The notes under the pieces were generated by a model, which was not told the DNA's origin, searched no databases, and saw only the letters and a list, made by a program, of their open reading frames with translations. A stretch of 64,000 nucleotides of DNA from Candidatus Magasanikiibacteriota bacterium. GTDB lineage: Bacteria > Patescibacteriota > Patescibacteriia > Magasanikbacterales > GWA2-37-8. Of the stretch, positions 10,010-21,441 are shown in pieces (the first letter of the stretch is position 1; every line of letters begins with the position of its first letter). Both the position numbers and the translations under genes were made by a program. The stretch is taken from positions 125,575-189,574 of the forward strand of contig JAPLWQ010000002.1 in assembly GCA_026396515.1 (NCBI GenBank), in the 5' to 3' direction.

Positions 10010-10975
10010 ATGCATCAACCTACTTATCGACAAGCTTTGCTTGAGGCCTGGCGGCTGGTATATAAAAACACCGGGCTTTGGCTATTAGGCCTTCTCTCCG
10101 TCCTATTTGCCGGGTCGTTCGGTCTGGGCAATTTTATTTCTCAAATAATGGTGACTATGAGCGCCGGCGAACAGGCGCTTTGGATATTCAATTGGCAATG
10201 GCCAAGCTTAGGCGTTAATAGCGTCTCTTCTGTTATCTGGCTTGTCTGGCTCATGGGAGTGCTTTGTGTCATCGCCATCATGGTTATATATATTTCCGTA
10301 ACAGCAAAATCAGCTCTGATGGTCGCAGTGGCCGATTTTTATAAAAAACAAGCGATACCGAAAATTTCCAAAGTGTGGAACACCGGATTAAAATATTTTT
10401 GGAAAATTTTTGCCATAGAAATTATCAGAAAAACCGTTCTATGCGTCGTCGTCGTCATTTTCGGTGTAATCTGGGTAAAGCTTCCTTTTACTAAAAATAT
10501 TTGGTACTTAACCATAGATATTCTGGCGCTCGTCTTTACGATTATCCTCGCTTGGATAACTTCCGCCGTGACAATTTTCGCCTCGGGTTACACGATCATA
10601 GACAATAAATCGATAGGCGCGTCTTTTAAAAGAGCATGGAAATTATTTCACGAACATCTTCTGGTATCACTTGAAATCAGCATCCTCCTCACGATTCTTG
10701 ATCTTCTAATAATTCTGCTATTCGCTGTTCTGGTTTCCTATGCTTTTATCCCGGCTGTTTTTGTCTGGCTTTTAGCCGGCGCTTTTGGCAGCGCCGCTTT
10801 GGCATTGTTTGGGACCATCTTTGGCTTCGTGCTTTTGTTAATATTTATTGCAATTTTTGGCGCGATCTACAACACTTTTTATACCAGCGTCTGGATGTAT
10901 TTATTCATGAAAATGCATCATGAGGGCGTCTTTAGCCGTATAATTCATCATGTAGGGGGGCTATTCAAAAGATAA
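10010..10975 (+). CDS. Polytopic membrane protein of unknown function
   Basis: About 6 hydrophobic helices; SFKRAWKLF motif. Confidence 0.6.
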   Translation: MHQPTYRQALLEAWRLVYKNTGLWLLGLLSVLFAGSFGLGNFISQIMVTMSAGEQALWIFNWQWPSLGVNSVSSVIWLVWLMGVLCVIAIMVIYISVTAKSALMVAVADFYKKQAIPKISKVWNTGLKYFWKIFAIEIIRKTVLCVVVVIFGVIWVKLPFTKNIWYLTIDILALVFTIILAWITSAVTIFASGYTIIDNKSIGASFKRAWKLFHEHLLVSLEISILLTILDLLIILLFAVLVSYAFIPAVFVWLLAGAFGSAALALFGTIFGFVLLLIFIAIFGAIYNTFYTSVWMYLFMKMHHEGVFSRIIHHVGGLFKR

Positions 10976-10976
10976 T

Positions 10977-12698
10977 ATGTCTGATTTCCCGTCGATAAAC
11001 GATCTAATGAAAAAAACTACCGGAGCGGCGAAAGCGCCACCGGCCGGAGGAGCGCCCACAGCGCAGGAAAAATTTGGTCAAAAAATGCGTGAACTTGACC
11101 TCAAGGCCAAAGAGGATGAAACTGCAGCTGCTGCCTTCAGTTTAAATTTGCCCTATATCAGTCTGGTCGCCTTTCCGATTTCGTCTGAAGCTTTAAAGAT
11201 TATTCCTGAAGCAGAAGCCCGCGAGAAAAAAGCGGTCTGTTTTTATTTCGCGCCAGATGACATCCGTATTGCCACTCCGGAGTATAGCGAGACCTTAAAT
11301 GAATTCACTTACCAAATCGGAGAAAAGCATCATGGCAAAGTGCAAATATATTTAGTTTCACAACACAGTTTTGAAGTGGCGCTCAAATTGTATGAAACAC
11401 TGCCTATTATCATTCCAATCACCAAGGATATCAATATCACCGACGAGGAGCTGAATCGTTTTCAAACCAGCATCGCTAATTTGCAGGGTTTACAGGCGCT
11501 GTTTAAAAACGTTTCCATTACAGACATATTAACTTTAATGATCGCCGCGGCTCTCAAAACAAACTCGTCGGACATTCATGTTGAAGCTGAAGAAAAGGGC
11601 ATCGCCATGCGCTACCGCATTGACGGCGAACTGCACGATGTGGCTAACTTGCCAAAAGATCAGTGGAAGCGTTTTGTTTCGCGCATTAAACTTTTAGCCG
11701 GATTAAAAATTAATATTACCGATAAACCGCAGGACGGCCGCGTAACGCTGAAGCTGACATCCAGCTCCATTGATGTGCGCGTTTCCACTATGCCAACTAC
11801 CTACGGCGAATCAATCGTTATGCGTATCCTGCATAGCGGTTCCAAGGGCGTTACTTATGATGATTTGGGTCTGCGCGGCGAGGCCTATGAACGTCTGCGA
11901 AAAGAAGTTGAACGGCCGAACGGTATGATTATCACCACCGGTCCAACCGGTTCCGGTAAAACCACCACTCTTTACGCAATTTTGCGCACCTTGAATGAGC
12001 CGGGCGTAAAAATTATCACTTTGGAAGATCCGGTGGAAATAAAAATGGCCGGAATCAACCAAAGCCAGGTTGATCCGAGCCGCGATTATACTTTTGCCAA
12101 AGGTCTGAGGTCCATTCTCCGCCAGGATCCCGATATTTGTATGGTCGGCGAAATTCGCGACTTGGAGACCGCGGAAATCGCCATTCAGGCGGCTCTTACC
12201 GGCCACTTAATGTTATCAACTATTCATACGAATTCTGCCTCCGGCGCTATCCCCCGTTTTTTATCAATGGGTGTTAAACCCTTCTTGCTGGCACCGGCCT
12301 TAAACGCCATCATTGGCCAGCGCTTGGTCCGCCGTATCTGCGAATCTTGCAAGAAAGAAGTTCAGCTTGAACCGGAAAAAATGGAACGCGTAAAATCTCT
12401 TCTTGGCACTCTGCCCGAAGCGGAAAAGAAGAATGTAAATATGGACGACCTGCACTTTTTTGTCGGCGCCGGATGCCCGACTTGTAGCGGGTTGGGCTAT
12501 AAGGGCCGTGTCGGTATTTATGAAATCTTTACAATGAATAAAGAAATTGAACAAGTTATTCTTTCCACCCAAGTTTCCGAATATGTTATTCAGGAAATTG
12601 CCGTAAAAAACGGCATGGTCACCATGGTTCAAGACGGCCTGCTTAAAGCCCTGTCGCAGATTACCAGCGTGGATGAGGTATTCAAGGTAGCTGAGTAA
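10977..12698 (+). CDS. pilB: Type IV pilus/T2SS assembly ATPase (PilB/GspE family)
   Basis: SDIH, PQDGR, Walker A GPTGSGKTT, LEDPVE, LRQDPD, GEIRD, His box and CxxC...CxxC zinc motif. Confidence 0.9.
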   Translation: MSDFPSINDLMKKTTGAAKAPPAGGAPTAQEKFGQKMRELDLKAKEDETAAAAFSLNLPYISLVAFPISSEALKIIPEAEAREKKAVCFYFAPDDIRIATPEYSETLNEFTYQIGEKHHGKVQIYLVSQHSFEVALKLYETLPIIIPITKDINITDEELNRFQTSIANLQGLQALFKNVSITDILTLMIAAALKTNSSDIHVEAEEKGIAMRYRIDGELHDVANLPKDQWKRFVSRIKLLAGLKINITDKPQDGRVTLKLTSSSIDVRVSTMPTTYGESIVMRILHSGSKGVTYDDLGLRGEAYERLRKEVERPNGMIITTGPTGSGKTTTLYAILRTLNEPGVKIITLEDPVEIKMAGINQSQVDPSRDYTFAKGLRSILRQDPDICMVGEIRDLETAEIAIQAALTGHLMLSTIHTNSASGAIPRFLSMGVKPFLLAPALNAIIGQRLVRRICESCKKEVQLEPEKMERVKSLLGTLPEAEKKNVNMDDLHFFVGAGCPTCSGLGYKGRVGIYEIFTMNKEIEQVILSTQVSEYVIQEIAVKNGMVTMVQDGLLKALSQITSVDEVFKVAE

Positions 12699-12732
12699 TG
12701 TGATATAATAGTAAAAGGAAATTAAATACCAT

Positions 12733-13881
12733 ATGATCGCTCATCGCTTACAAACCCATACCGTGCCGGAACCGCCGGTGCGCGTTTATCGCATTATTGC
12801 CCTCACTTTTCTTGTAGTAACAATCGTTCTGCTCGCGATTGTTATTTTTACCATGCTTAAAAAAACAGAAATTGTGATTGTGGCGAAAGAAGACAGTAAA
12901 ACAATAAATGTTATTGTTAATGCTGAAGCGGAAAAAAAGAGTGATAAATCTTTAGTCGCCACAGTGACGACCACAAAATTTTTCTGGTCTGAAAAATATT
13001 TTCCCACCGCCACCCGCCAAGTCGACGGCACATCAAAGGGAGAAGTTGTCCTTTATAACACTACCAATGAAACACAACCGTTGGTTAAAACCACCCGCGT
13101 AATTACCGCTGAGGGCGTTCTGTTCAGATTGTCTGACAGAGCCATTGTGCCGGCCAATGGTCAAGTGACCGCTCAGGTCTATGCCGACCAGCCGGGCGCT
13201 TCGAGCGACATCGGCCCAAGCAAATTTACTATTCCCGGCCTTAACTCGGAAAAACAAAAAGTTGTTTATGCCGAGAGCGTGAAGCCAATGACCGGCGGTT
13301 CAGGAAAAGTCGGCGTTATCGCGGAATCAGATTTTAAATCGGCTGAATCCGACTTTGCGGAAAAAACAAAAGCTGCCTTTTTACAAACTATTGCTTCCAG
13401 CTCGTCAAATTTTGATCAAACGATTGTTTCCATTTCCCAAAACGGAGCCTCCAGCACTTTTGGTATCGGCGCCGAAGCCAGTGAATTCGAAATTTCCGGT
13501 ACAAGCACACTAGCGCTTATCATGTATAATAAGAACGATCTTAATGAAATTTTAAAAAAGGAAGTCGCCTCCGGTATTGATACGGCATCGGAAAAAATTG
13601 TTTCCATCGGCGATTCGCCAAAAGTGACTGTTGCAGCAACGGATATTGTTAACAGCTCCGCCCAGCTACAAGTAGCGACAGAGGCGATAGTAACTCTGGA
13701 TGCCAATGCTCCGCTTTTAAACAAAGAATATTTTCTCAATAAGCAAAAAGGAGAAATTGAAAGATATATTGTAAGCTTACCTCATGTCACCGGAATGGAC
13801 ATCAAATTTACGCCAAGCTGGACAAGTCGGACACCGAGCGTGGGTGATAAGCTGAAGATAATTGTGAAGAGCGTGAAGTAA
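12733..13881 (+). CDS. Single-pass membrane protein with baseplate-J-like extracellular domain
   Basis: N-terminal TM; GEVVLYN...TR..T.EG..FR...VPA...ADQPG...FTIPGL...MTGG pattern. Confidence 0.55.
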   Translation: MIAHRLQTHTVPEPPVRVYRIIALTFLVVTIVLLAIVIFTMLKKTEIVIVAKEDSKTINVIVNAEAEKKSDKSLVATVTTTKFFWSEKYFPTATRQVDGTSKGEVVLYNTTNETQPLVKTTRVITAEGVLFRLSDRAIVPANGQVTAQVYADQPGASSDIGPSKFTIPGLNSEKQKVVYAESVKPMTGGSGKVGVIAESDFKSAESDFAEKTKAAFLQTIASSSSNFDQTIVSISQNGASSTFGIGAEASEFEISGTSTLALIMYNKNDLNEILKKEVASGIDTASEKIVSIGDSPKVTVAATDIVNSSAQLQVATEAIVTLDANAPLLNKEYFLNKQKGEIERYIVSLPHVTGMDIKFTPSWTSRTPSVGDKLKIIVKSVK

Positions 13882-13902
13882 AACCTGATCGAATTCCATT
13901 TT

Positions 13903-13935
13903 AATCCCGTCCCATTTTGGCTGACGGGATTTTTT
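13903..13935 (+). terminator. Intrinsic terminator after 12733-13881
   Basis: AATCCCGTC...GACGGGATT followed by a T-run. Confidence 0.7.
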
Positions 13936-13937
13936 AT

Positions 13938-13975
13938 AAAAAAATACCCCTGCCGGAAATCCATCCGGCAGGGGT
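13938..13975 (-). terminator. Intrinsic terminator of the MVP-like gene
   Basis: 12-bp stem ACCCCTGCCGGA/TCCGGCAGGGGT followed by a T-run on the minus strand. Confidence 0.75.
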
Positions 13976-14020
13976 GAGTTTATCTAATTATCATAAGAAA
14001 GAACTAATTGAATGGGAGCA

Positions 14021-16537
14021 TTACTTCTTGTCGGACTGCTTCTTCTCCCATCCCTTCATGGCCTCGCCCAGGATCGTTCCCTGGAGCACCTGGCTGATCA
14101 CCTCGTGCATGCTCTGGCCGGCGAGCAACGGCAATGGCGCCATGCTCTCCGCCAGCTTGCCGACGAGATCCTTGTTGGCGAAGGCCTCCAGAGCGGCGAC
14201 CACGTCGGGGCCGAATGCCTTGGCTTTATCGCACACGGCCGTGACTTCCGCTTGGATGCGCGCGATCTCCAGCTTCTGCTTGGTCTCGAGGTGAGCGTAC
14301 TCCTGATCCACCGTCATCTTGTCCCGATCGAGCTTGGCCTTGGTGATCTCGTCCATCGTTCCCTGGCGTTTCTTCTCTTCCTCAAGCTTCGCCGAGATGG
14401 TCTTGGCCTCGATCGAGATGTTGGAGAGCTGGAGCTCGAGCTCGGCGAGCACCCTCTTCTTCTTGAGATCCAGGTCCTTGAGGGCCGTCGTTGTCGCCTC
14501 TTCCGCGGTCTGGCGCTTCACTTCCTCGAGCCGAATGTTGGTCTTCAGCGTTCTCTCAGCGCTGACGACGTTCAGGGCCTCCTTCACCGCGTTGTGTTGC
14601 GCGGTCATCAGCAGCTCGGCGATGCGCTCGTCGCCGATGGTGACATCGAGAACTTCGACATCGTACACGCGCATGCCGTTCTCCTCGAACAGGCGGCCGG
14701 GGCGCTTCTTCCCCTCTTCGGGAACGCCCAGGATGGTGTCGCGGATGATGGCGATGGAGTTGCTGTTGAACTCCTCGATGCCGCGCTGCTTAACCGTGCT
14801 GCGCACGAGCGACCGCAAGTGGTCGGTCAGGAGCTTCACGTAGTTCTCCACGTTGAACCACTTGTCGGGATCGCCCTCGAAGTTGACGCGGTGGGACAGC
14901 TTGATCGATACGCGGACCAGGTCCGCGGTCTCGGCCTCGATGATGTCCGACACCTTGTTGTTCGTGGTGAGCAGGTAAGCCGTGCTGATCGGCTTGGCGT
15001 AGTTCTTCGGCGTGCCCGAGGACAGGGTGAGCACTTCGAGCGTCTCGTCGTACTCGAGCAGAACCGTCTTGGGCCCGACCACGACCTTCCGCTCACCGCT
15101 CTTGCTGACCACCTGGATGGCGTAGCCGGTCCAGACGTTGATGGCCACCGCGCCGTCGTACTTGTTGTCGAGGGTGATCGACCGCGGCGGCGTGAACGCG
15201 CTGCGCCGTTCGAGCGCGTCGCCCGCGAACGCTTCGAGCACACTCTCGTCCATGGACAGATTGGCGGAAGCGAAGGATCGCGTCGCCACCATCCCGGACT
15301 TGCGCAGACCGCCGCCCTCCGTCTCCTTCTCTTTCGCCAAAGCGGCGAGGAGCTGGTTGTGAGAGAGTGCCTCCGCGTTTCCCGGGAACCACAGGCCCAC
15401 GGATTTCGCGTCCAGCACACGCCGGACGATGACTTGCGTGCGCGGATCGGCCAGGAACATGCTCGGCCCTTTGACCAGCTCGACCTTGCCCTTGTCCTTG
15501 TCGAGCACGTAGCGGGCTTCGCCGGCCGGAATGGCCACGGCGTAGTGGATCTCGTTGTCGTCGTATTTGACAACCATGTGCTCGGGCCGCGGGAAGTAGA
15601 TGGTCTGCTCCTTGCCGGTGATGAACAACTCTTCCCCGGCCTTGTACTGCTTGTCCCCCTCCTGGTAGTCGGCGATCACCTTGATGTGGAGGCCCATGTT
15701 GGGGTTGAGCTCGATGGCGCGGAACTTGCGCTCCTTGCCCCGCTCCACGAACATCTCGGTCGGCTCGGGGAAAACCACGGCCGGCCCCTTGACGAAGCGC
15801 TTGTTACCGCTCTCGTCGAGCAGGATGCAGAACTCGAGCCGCTCCAGGGTGACTGCCTCGCGCACGAAGCGGTCGCCCTGCTCCGGGACGACCTCAACGC
15901 CGGTCGGCGGGATGTAGAAAGAAACATCGGTCCCCTTGATCACGAGCAACTGGCCCATGGTCAGGTGCTCGACCTTCTCTTCCGGTGTCTTCTCCGAAAT
16001 GGCGCCTTCCGGCAGTGCGTCCTTCGGCGGTTCGTCGCCGCCGGTCGGCAGGGCGGGCGCCTGCTTCTTCATCACGCCCTGGGTCCAGTTCTTCTTGGCG
16101 GCCTCGTCGTTGTAGATGCGGACCACGACGTACTGGTTGGACCGCAGGCGGTGGCCGGCGATGACCCGCGCGCTCTGGCCGGGCCAGAGCGGGAAAGTCA
16201 CCGGACCGGCGATGTTGATCGTCCGGCCGAAGCTCAGCTTGGGCGTGTTGTTGTTGCCGGTGCGCGGGTGCTCATCATCGTCGCTTGCGACAGCGGGATT
16301 CTTGAGCACCATGTAGGATCCCTCGTCAGCCGACGGGTACCTCTGAATCGCCTCCGCCAGCTCGCAGCGCTTGAAGACGCCCGTCCGCTCGTCGAACACC
16401 ACCGGCCGGTCCGTGTCGGACAGGCTGGTCTTGGTCGGGCCGACATAGACGACTACATGGCCCTTGGTGTTGTCCAGGATCATAGCGTGTTCGTTCGGCG
16501 CCAGCACCAGATCTCGTTCGCGTGATTGTTCGCCCAT
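14021..16537 (-). CDS. Major vault protein (MVP) homolog, 838 aa
   Basis: MVP-repeat motifs ([61 protein letters not shown]), shoulder domain ([10 protein letters not shown].IKLS...F; [40 protein letters not shown]) and long C-terminal coiled coil. SD AAAGGAG at 16546-16552. GC-rich. Confidence 0.85.
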   Translation of the reverse strand: [838 protein letters not shown]

Positions 16538-16675
16538 GCATCACTCTCCTTTGTCCTTTTCATCGGACATGTTTTGGCAACACCCTGTTGCCGAAACTGG
16601 TTGATTGTAAAAAACGATCAAGATTCAAAACATGCGAATATACTTGCATAAATAGGGCTTTCTGTCAACCCTTAA

Positions 16676-16713
16676 AACAAAAAAACCGCCGGCTTTAGGC
16701 CAGCGGTTTTTTA
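16676..16713 (-). terminator. Intrinsic terminator of ftsH
   Basis: AAAAACCGC...GCGGTTTTT stem flanked by A/T runs. Confidence 0.7.
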
Positions 16714-16720
16714 ATCTACA

Positions 16721-18544
<1,824 letters not shown>

Positions 18545-18618
18545 ATGAATGGTTAGATATTAGCAATAATGAGTATTTTATGCTAAAATACGAAAAATAT
18601 CAAGCATGAACGGCCACT

Positions 18619-19197
18619 ATGATAAATACGCCAAAAAAAATTAAAATCGTTGACGGCTTTAAGGTCAGAAACACTATCGACCTTGACTTCGGTTGTATTG
18701 AAGACGCTCTCGCCTGCCCGTATATACCTGCCGATGAAATCTGGTTTGATAAAGCGTTTATAAACGAAAAGGATACTCTGATGGCCACATTCGTAAGAAA
18801 ACGCGCCTTAATGAAAAAATACGGATATGAAAAAGCAAAACAGATTCTCCGCAAAGATATGAAGGGGATCAATCCGGATAAGGTTAAAATAAAATTATTG
18901 GAGAAACGCTGGCCGCTAAAAATTTATCTTGTGTCCGGCCGTTTGGTACGGGAATATTTTGACTTTAATTTTGTCTTCGGCGGCCACTACAAAGTTTATG
19001 ATTATGTGCCAAAATACGAAGTTTGGATTGATAATGCCATGTTGACAAAAGAGCGAAAATATGTTCTAATTCATGAGTTATATGAGCTAAATCTGATGAA
19101 AAAAGGGAAAAGCTACAACGATTCCCATGATTATGCCTGCGCCCGGGAAAAGGAAGAAAGACGCCGGGACGGAGTAGCCGAATACTTGAAAGATTAA
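18619..19197 (+). CDS. Hypothetical protein with zincin-like HExxE motif
   Basis: IHELYE...SHDYA; duplicated YIPADEIWFD / YVPKYEVWID. Confidence 0.5.
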   Translation: MINTPKKIKIVDGFKVRNTIDLDFGCIEDALACPYIPADEIWFDKAFINEKDTLMATFVRKRALMKKYGYEKAKQILRKDMKGINPDKVKIKLLEKRWPLKIYLVSGRLVREYFDFNFVFGGHYKVYDYVPKYEVWIDNAMLTKERKYVLIHELYELNLMKKGKSYNDSHDYACAREKEERRRDGVAEYLKD

Positions 19198-19207
19198 CCG
19201 AAAAAAT

Positions 19208-20218
19208 ATGTTGCCCAAAAAAATCACCCCTGAGTCAAAAGTGCATTTAGTTCACACTTCTTCGCCGGTTGAAAAATCCGATATAAGCACTTTTGAAGCC
19301 GCTCTGAAAAAAATTAAAGAGCGCTATTTGAATACCCGGCTTTTTGACGTGCAGAGAAGTTACCTCGACCTGCGGTATCTTTCAGCGTCCGAATCTGAAC
19401 GCTTGCATAAATTTCGCCAGGCAATTAAGGAGGCAAACTGGTTATTGCCTGTTTACGGCGGAACCGGGTGCGAAGATATTATCCGCCATCTTACCGACTC
19501 CGATCTGATAAAAATCAGAAAAAACCGGCCGATTGTAAACGGTTTTTCCGATACGACCTTTTTAATTAACTATCTGTATTTTGAATTAAAATTACAGACT
19601 TTCCATTATTCAAACGTCTGCGGTCTGCGTGAGAATGACAATAATCAGCTTTTCTTTGACGTTGTGGAAGGGCGCACTAATTCTTTTTCTTTTAAGGAAC
19701 AAAATTATTCGTGGCACGGACCGGCCGGGGCGCCGCAGGAGAAAATTGAGGGCATTGCCATCGGCGGCAACATTTCCACATTCCGAGACCTGTTGGACAT
19801 GTACAATATAAAACTGCGCACCTGGGATGACTATATATTGTTTGCCGAGGACATTGATATGGATATTGAGGATCTGCACCGTGTAATCATCGCGCTTGAC
19901 GAGCGTGGGGTATTTCGCCACATCAAGGCGCTGGTAATCGGACGGTTCAGCAAGGCGGAAATGGAAAAGGATTTTAGAAAATTCAACAGAATTTTCGGCA
20001 AAGAAAATGATAATACCGATAAGCCGGATCGGGTCTTTGAATATCTTTTGAGTGATGTACTCGCTTACCGCAAGAAAGCCGGCAATCCGTTGTACATTCT
20101 GGCCGTGGATAACTTCGGTCATGATGTGGAAAAAAATACCATGCTCGTACCTATCGGCGGAAAAACCACGATTTATCCTGATAAAAAAATTGAATTCACC
20201 GGACCGTTCGTGGATTAA
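19208..20218 (+). CDS. LD-carboxypeptidase (peptidase S66)
   Basis: GGTG, GFSDTT (catalytic Ser), GGN, EDI (Glu) and FGHD (His) motifs. Confidence 0.85.
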   Translation: MLPKKITPESKVHLVHTSSPVEKSDISTFEAALKKIKERYLNTRLFDVQRSYLDLRYLSASESERLHKFRQAIKEANWLLPVYGGTGCEDIIRHLTDSDLIKIRKNRPIVNGFSDTTFLINYLYFELKLQTFHYSNVCGLRENDNNQLFFDVVEGRTNSFSFKEQNYSWHGPAGAPQEKIEGIAIGGNISTFRDLLDMYNIKLRTWDDYILFAEDIDMDIEDLHRVIIALDERGVFRHIKALVIGRFSKAEMEKDFRKFNRIFGKENDNTDKPDRVFEYLLSDVLAYRKKAGNPLYILAVDNFGHDVEKNTMLVPIGGKTTIYPDKKIEFTGPFVD

Positions 20219-20267
20219 TAAATATTAAAAAAGAACCCCGACTTAATCGGGGTTCTTTTTTTAGGTC

Positions 20268-20528
20268 TTACTTTGAACATCCTCCGCTGCAACCGCCGCC
20301 GCATTGTCCGCCGCATTGCGTACAACCCGCCGTACAACCGGCCGCTCCGCAGCCACCGGCTTGCGCCCCATGCGCGCAGCCGCACCCGCCATCGCTTTTT
20401 ACGCTTTCCGTAACCGGCTGCAATGTTTTTGAGCTTGTTGCGCCACCGGAATACGCTGCGGCTATTCCGACTCCAACTATTAGGGTCGCAGCCGCCGCAA
20501 TTCCGCCTATAAACCAAAGTGGTTTCAT
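20268..20528 (-). CDS. Small membrane-anchored Cys/Gly-rich protein
   Basis: N-terminal TM followed by CGC...CGAAGCTAGCTQCGGQCGGGCSGGC; terminator at 20228-20262. Confidence 0.7.
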   Translation of the reverse strand: MKPLWFIGGIAAAATLIVGVGIAAAYSGGATSSKTLQPVTESVKSDGGCGCAHGAQAGGCGAAGCTAGCTQCGGQCGGGCSGGCSK

Positions 20529-20647
20529 GAAAAATATATTATCCGTCTATACGGTTGAGTTATTTTGTGCCGCCCCCGGAAGTGTCCAGTACCCATACTA
20601 CCGGGCAAGCCGGAGGTGGCGAAATATTTTCTCGAGCGCTCATAGAG

Positions 20648-20676
20648 TATTACGCATGCCAAAAAAATTTCTTTCA
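20648..20676 (-). promoter_or_regulatory. Putative ECF (SigW-like) promoter TGAAAG-N16-CGTAATA
   Basis: Matches the element upstream of the ECF sigma gene and the SigW-type consensus TGAAAC-N16-CGTA. Confidence 0.5.
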
Positions 20677-21441
20677 CTCACCGCAGCCACAGCCCGATCC
20701 GGCGCCACAAGTCGCGGTCGCATGCGCACAGGCCGGCGCGACTTGCTGATCGCACCCGCCACATCCGCACCAGGAACGAATTTCCACTGCTCTGAAACTG
20801 CTGGTGCCAAAACGCTCGCCAATAATTTTAATTTTAGCTCCGAGAACCGTGTATTCCACACCGATAGTGCCGGACACCGCCACTTGCCACCTGCGGCCGT
20901 CCTGATCGGTTAGAATAAAATTATATAAATCATCTATTCCTTCAACCTTGCCACCCAAAAGCCCCTGGTCAGGCATTACCCACATCATCCTGTCGCCCTG
21001 CAAATGATGATAAAAAGAGGTTGAATCGGCAATCGATTCTTCAATCATGTGGCCCAAGCCTAAACGATAAAAAACCCCGCCCAATACAACAGTTGAAACA
21101 ACATAGATAATAATTACTTTTGACAAGGTAAACCGGTAGCCATATTTTGTATGCCGCAGGTTGTAATGGGCAAGCAAAATAAAACCAACAAAAATAAGCA
21201 GCCAAAAATACGGAAAAATGAAAAAGACATATTTCCAAACACTGCCGGTAGCCCGGCTCCAAAGATCCCATTCAGCGTTAGCGATGGAAAAAAATGTAAT
21301 AGACACAGCAATACTGCCGACAACCAAAGCGGTTGCGGTCAGAGACCAAAAAATTGACCGTTTCAAAAATACGGCGTAGCGCGAACTCGGATGCATGTTT
21401 TCTTTTTCAATTTTTTCCAAAACTTGTTGGCTAAGCTCCAT
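20674..21441 (-). CDS. Putative anti-sigma membrane protein with Cys-rich C-terminus
   Basis: Overlaps the end of the ECF sigma gene; 3 TM helices, OB-like domain, CGCGGC...CGCGE tail. Confidence 0.6.
   Translation of the reverse strand: MELSQQVLEKIEKENMHPSSRYAVFLKRSIFWSLTATALVVGSIAVSITFFSIANAEWDLWSRATGSVWKYVFFIFPYFWLLIFVGFILLAHYNLRHTKYGYRFTLSKVIIIYVVSTVVLGGVFYRLGLGHMIEESIADSTSFYHHLQGDRMMWVMPDQGLLGGKVEGIDDLYNFILTDQDGRRWQVAVSGTIGVEYTVLGAKIKIIGERFGTSSFRAVEIRSWCGCGGCDQQVAPACAHATATCGAGSGCGCGE

Noticed and set aside
2-13881. Prophage, suggested by tail-fibre-like and baseplate-J-like proteins
   Set aside because: Both proteins have signal or TM anchors, and there is no capsid, terminase or integrase; they read as cellular surface proteins.
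14012-16525. 837-aa plus-strand ORF antisense to the MVP homolog
   Set aside because: In-register shadow ORF expected from strong GC3 bias. It has no motifs or SD, whereas the minus strand has MVP motifs, SD and terminator.
20268-20528. RiPP (ranthipeptide) precursor, suggested by CxxxC spacing
   Set aside because: No radical SAM enzyme or transporter nearby, and the N-terminus is a membrane anchor.
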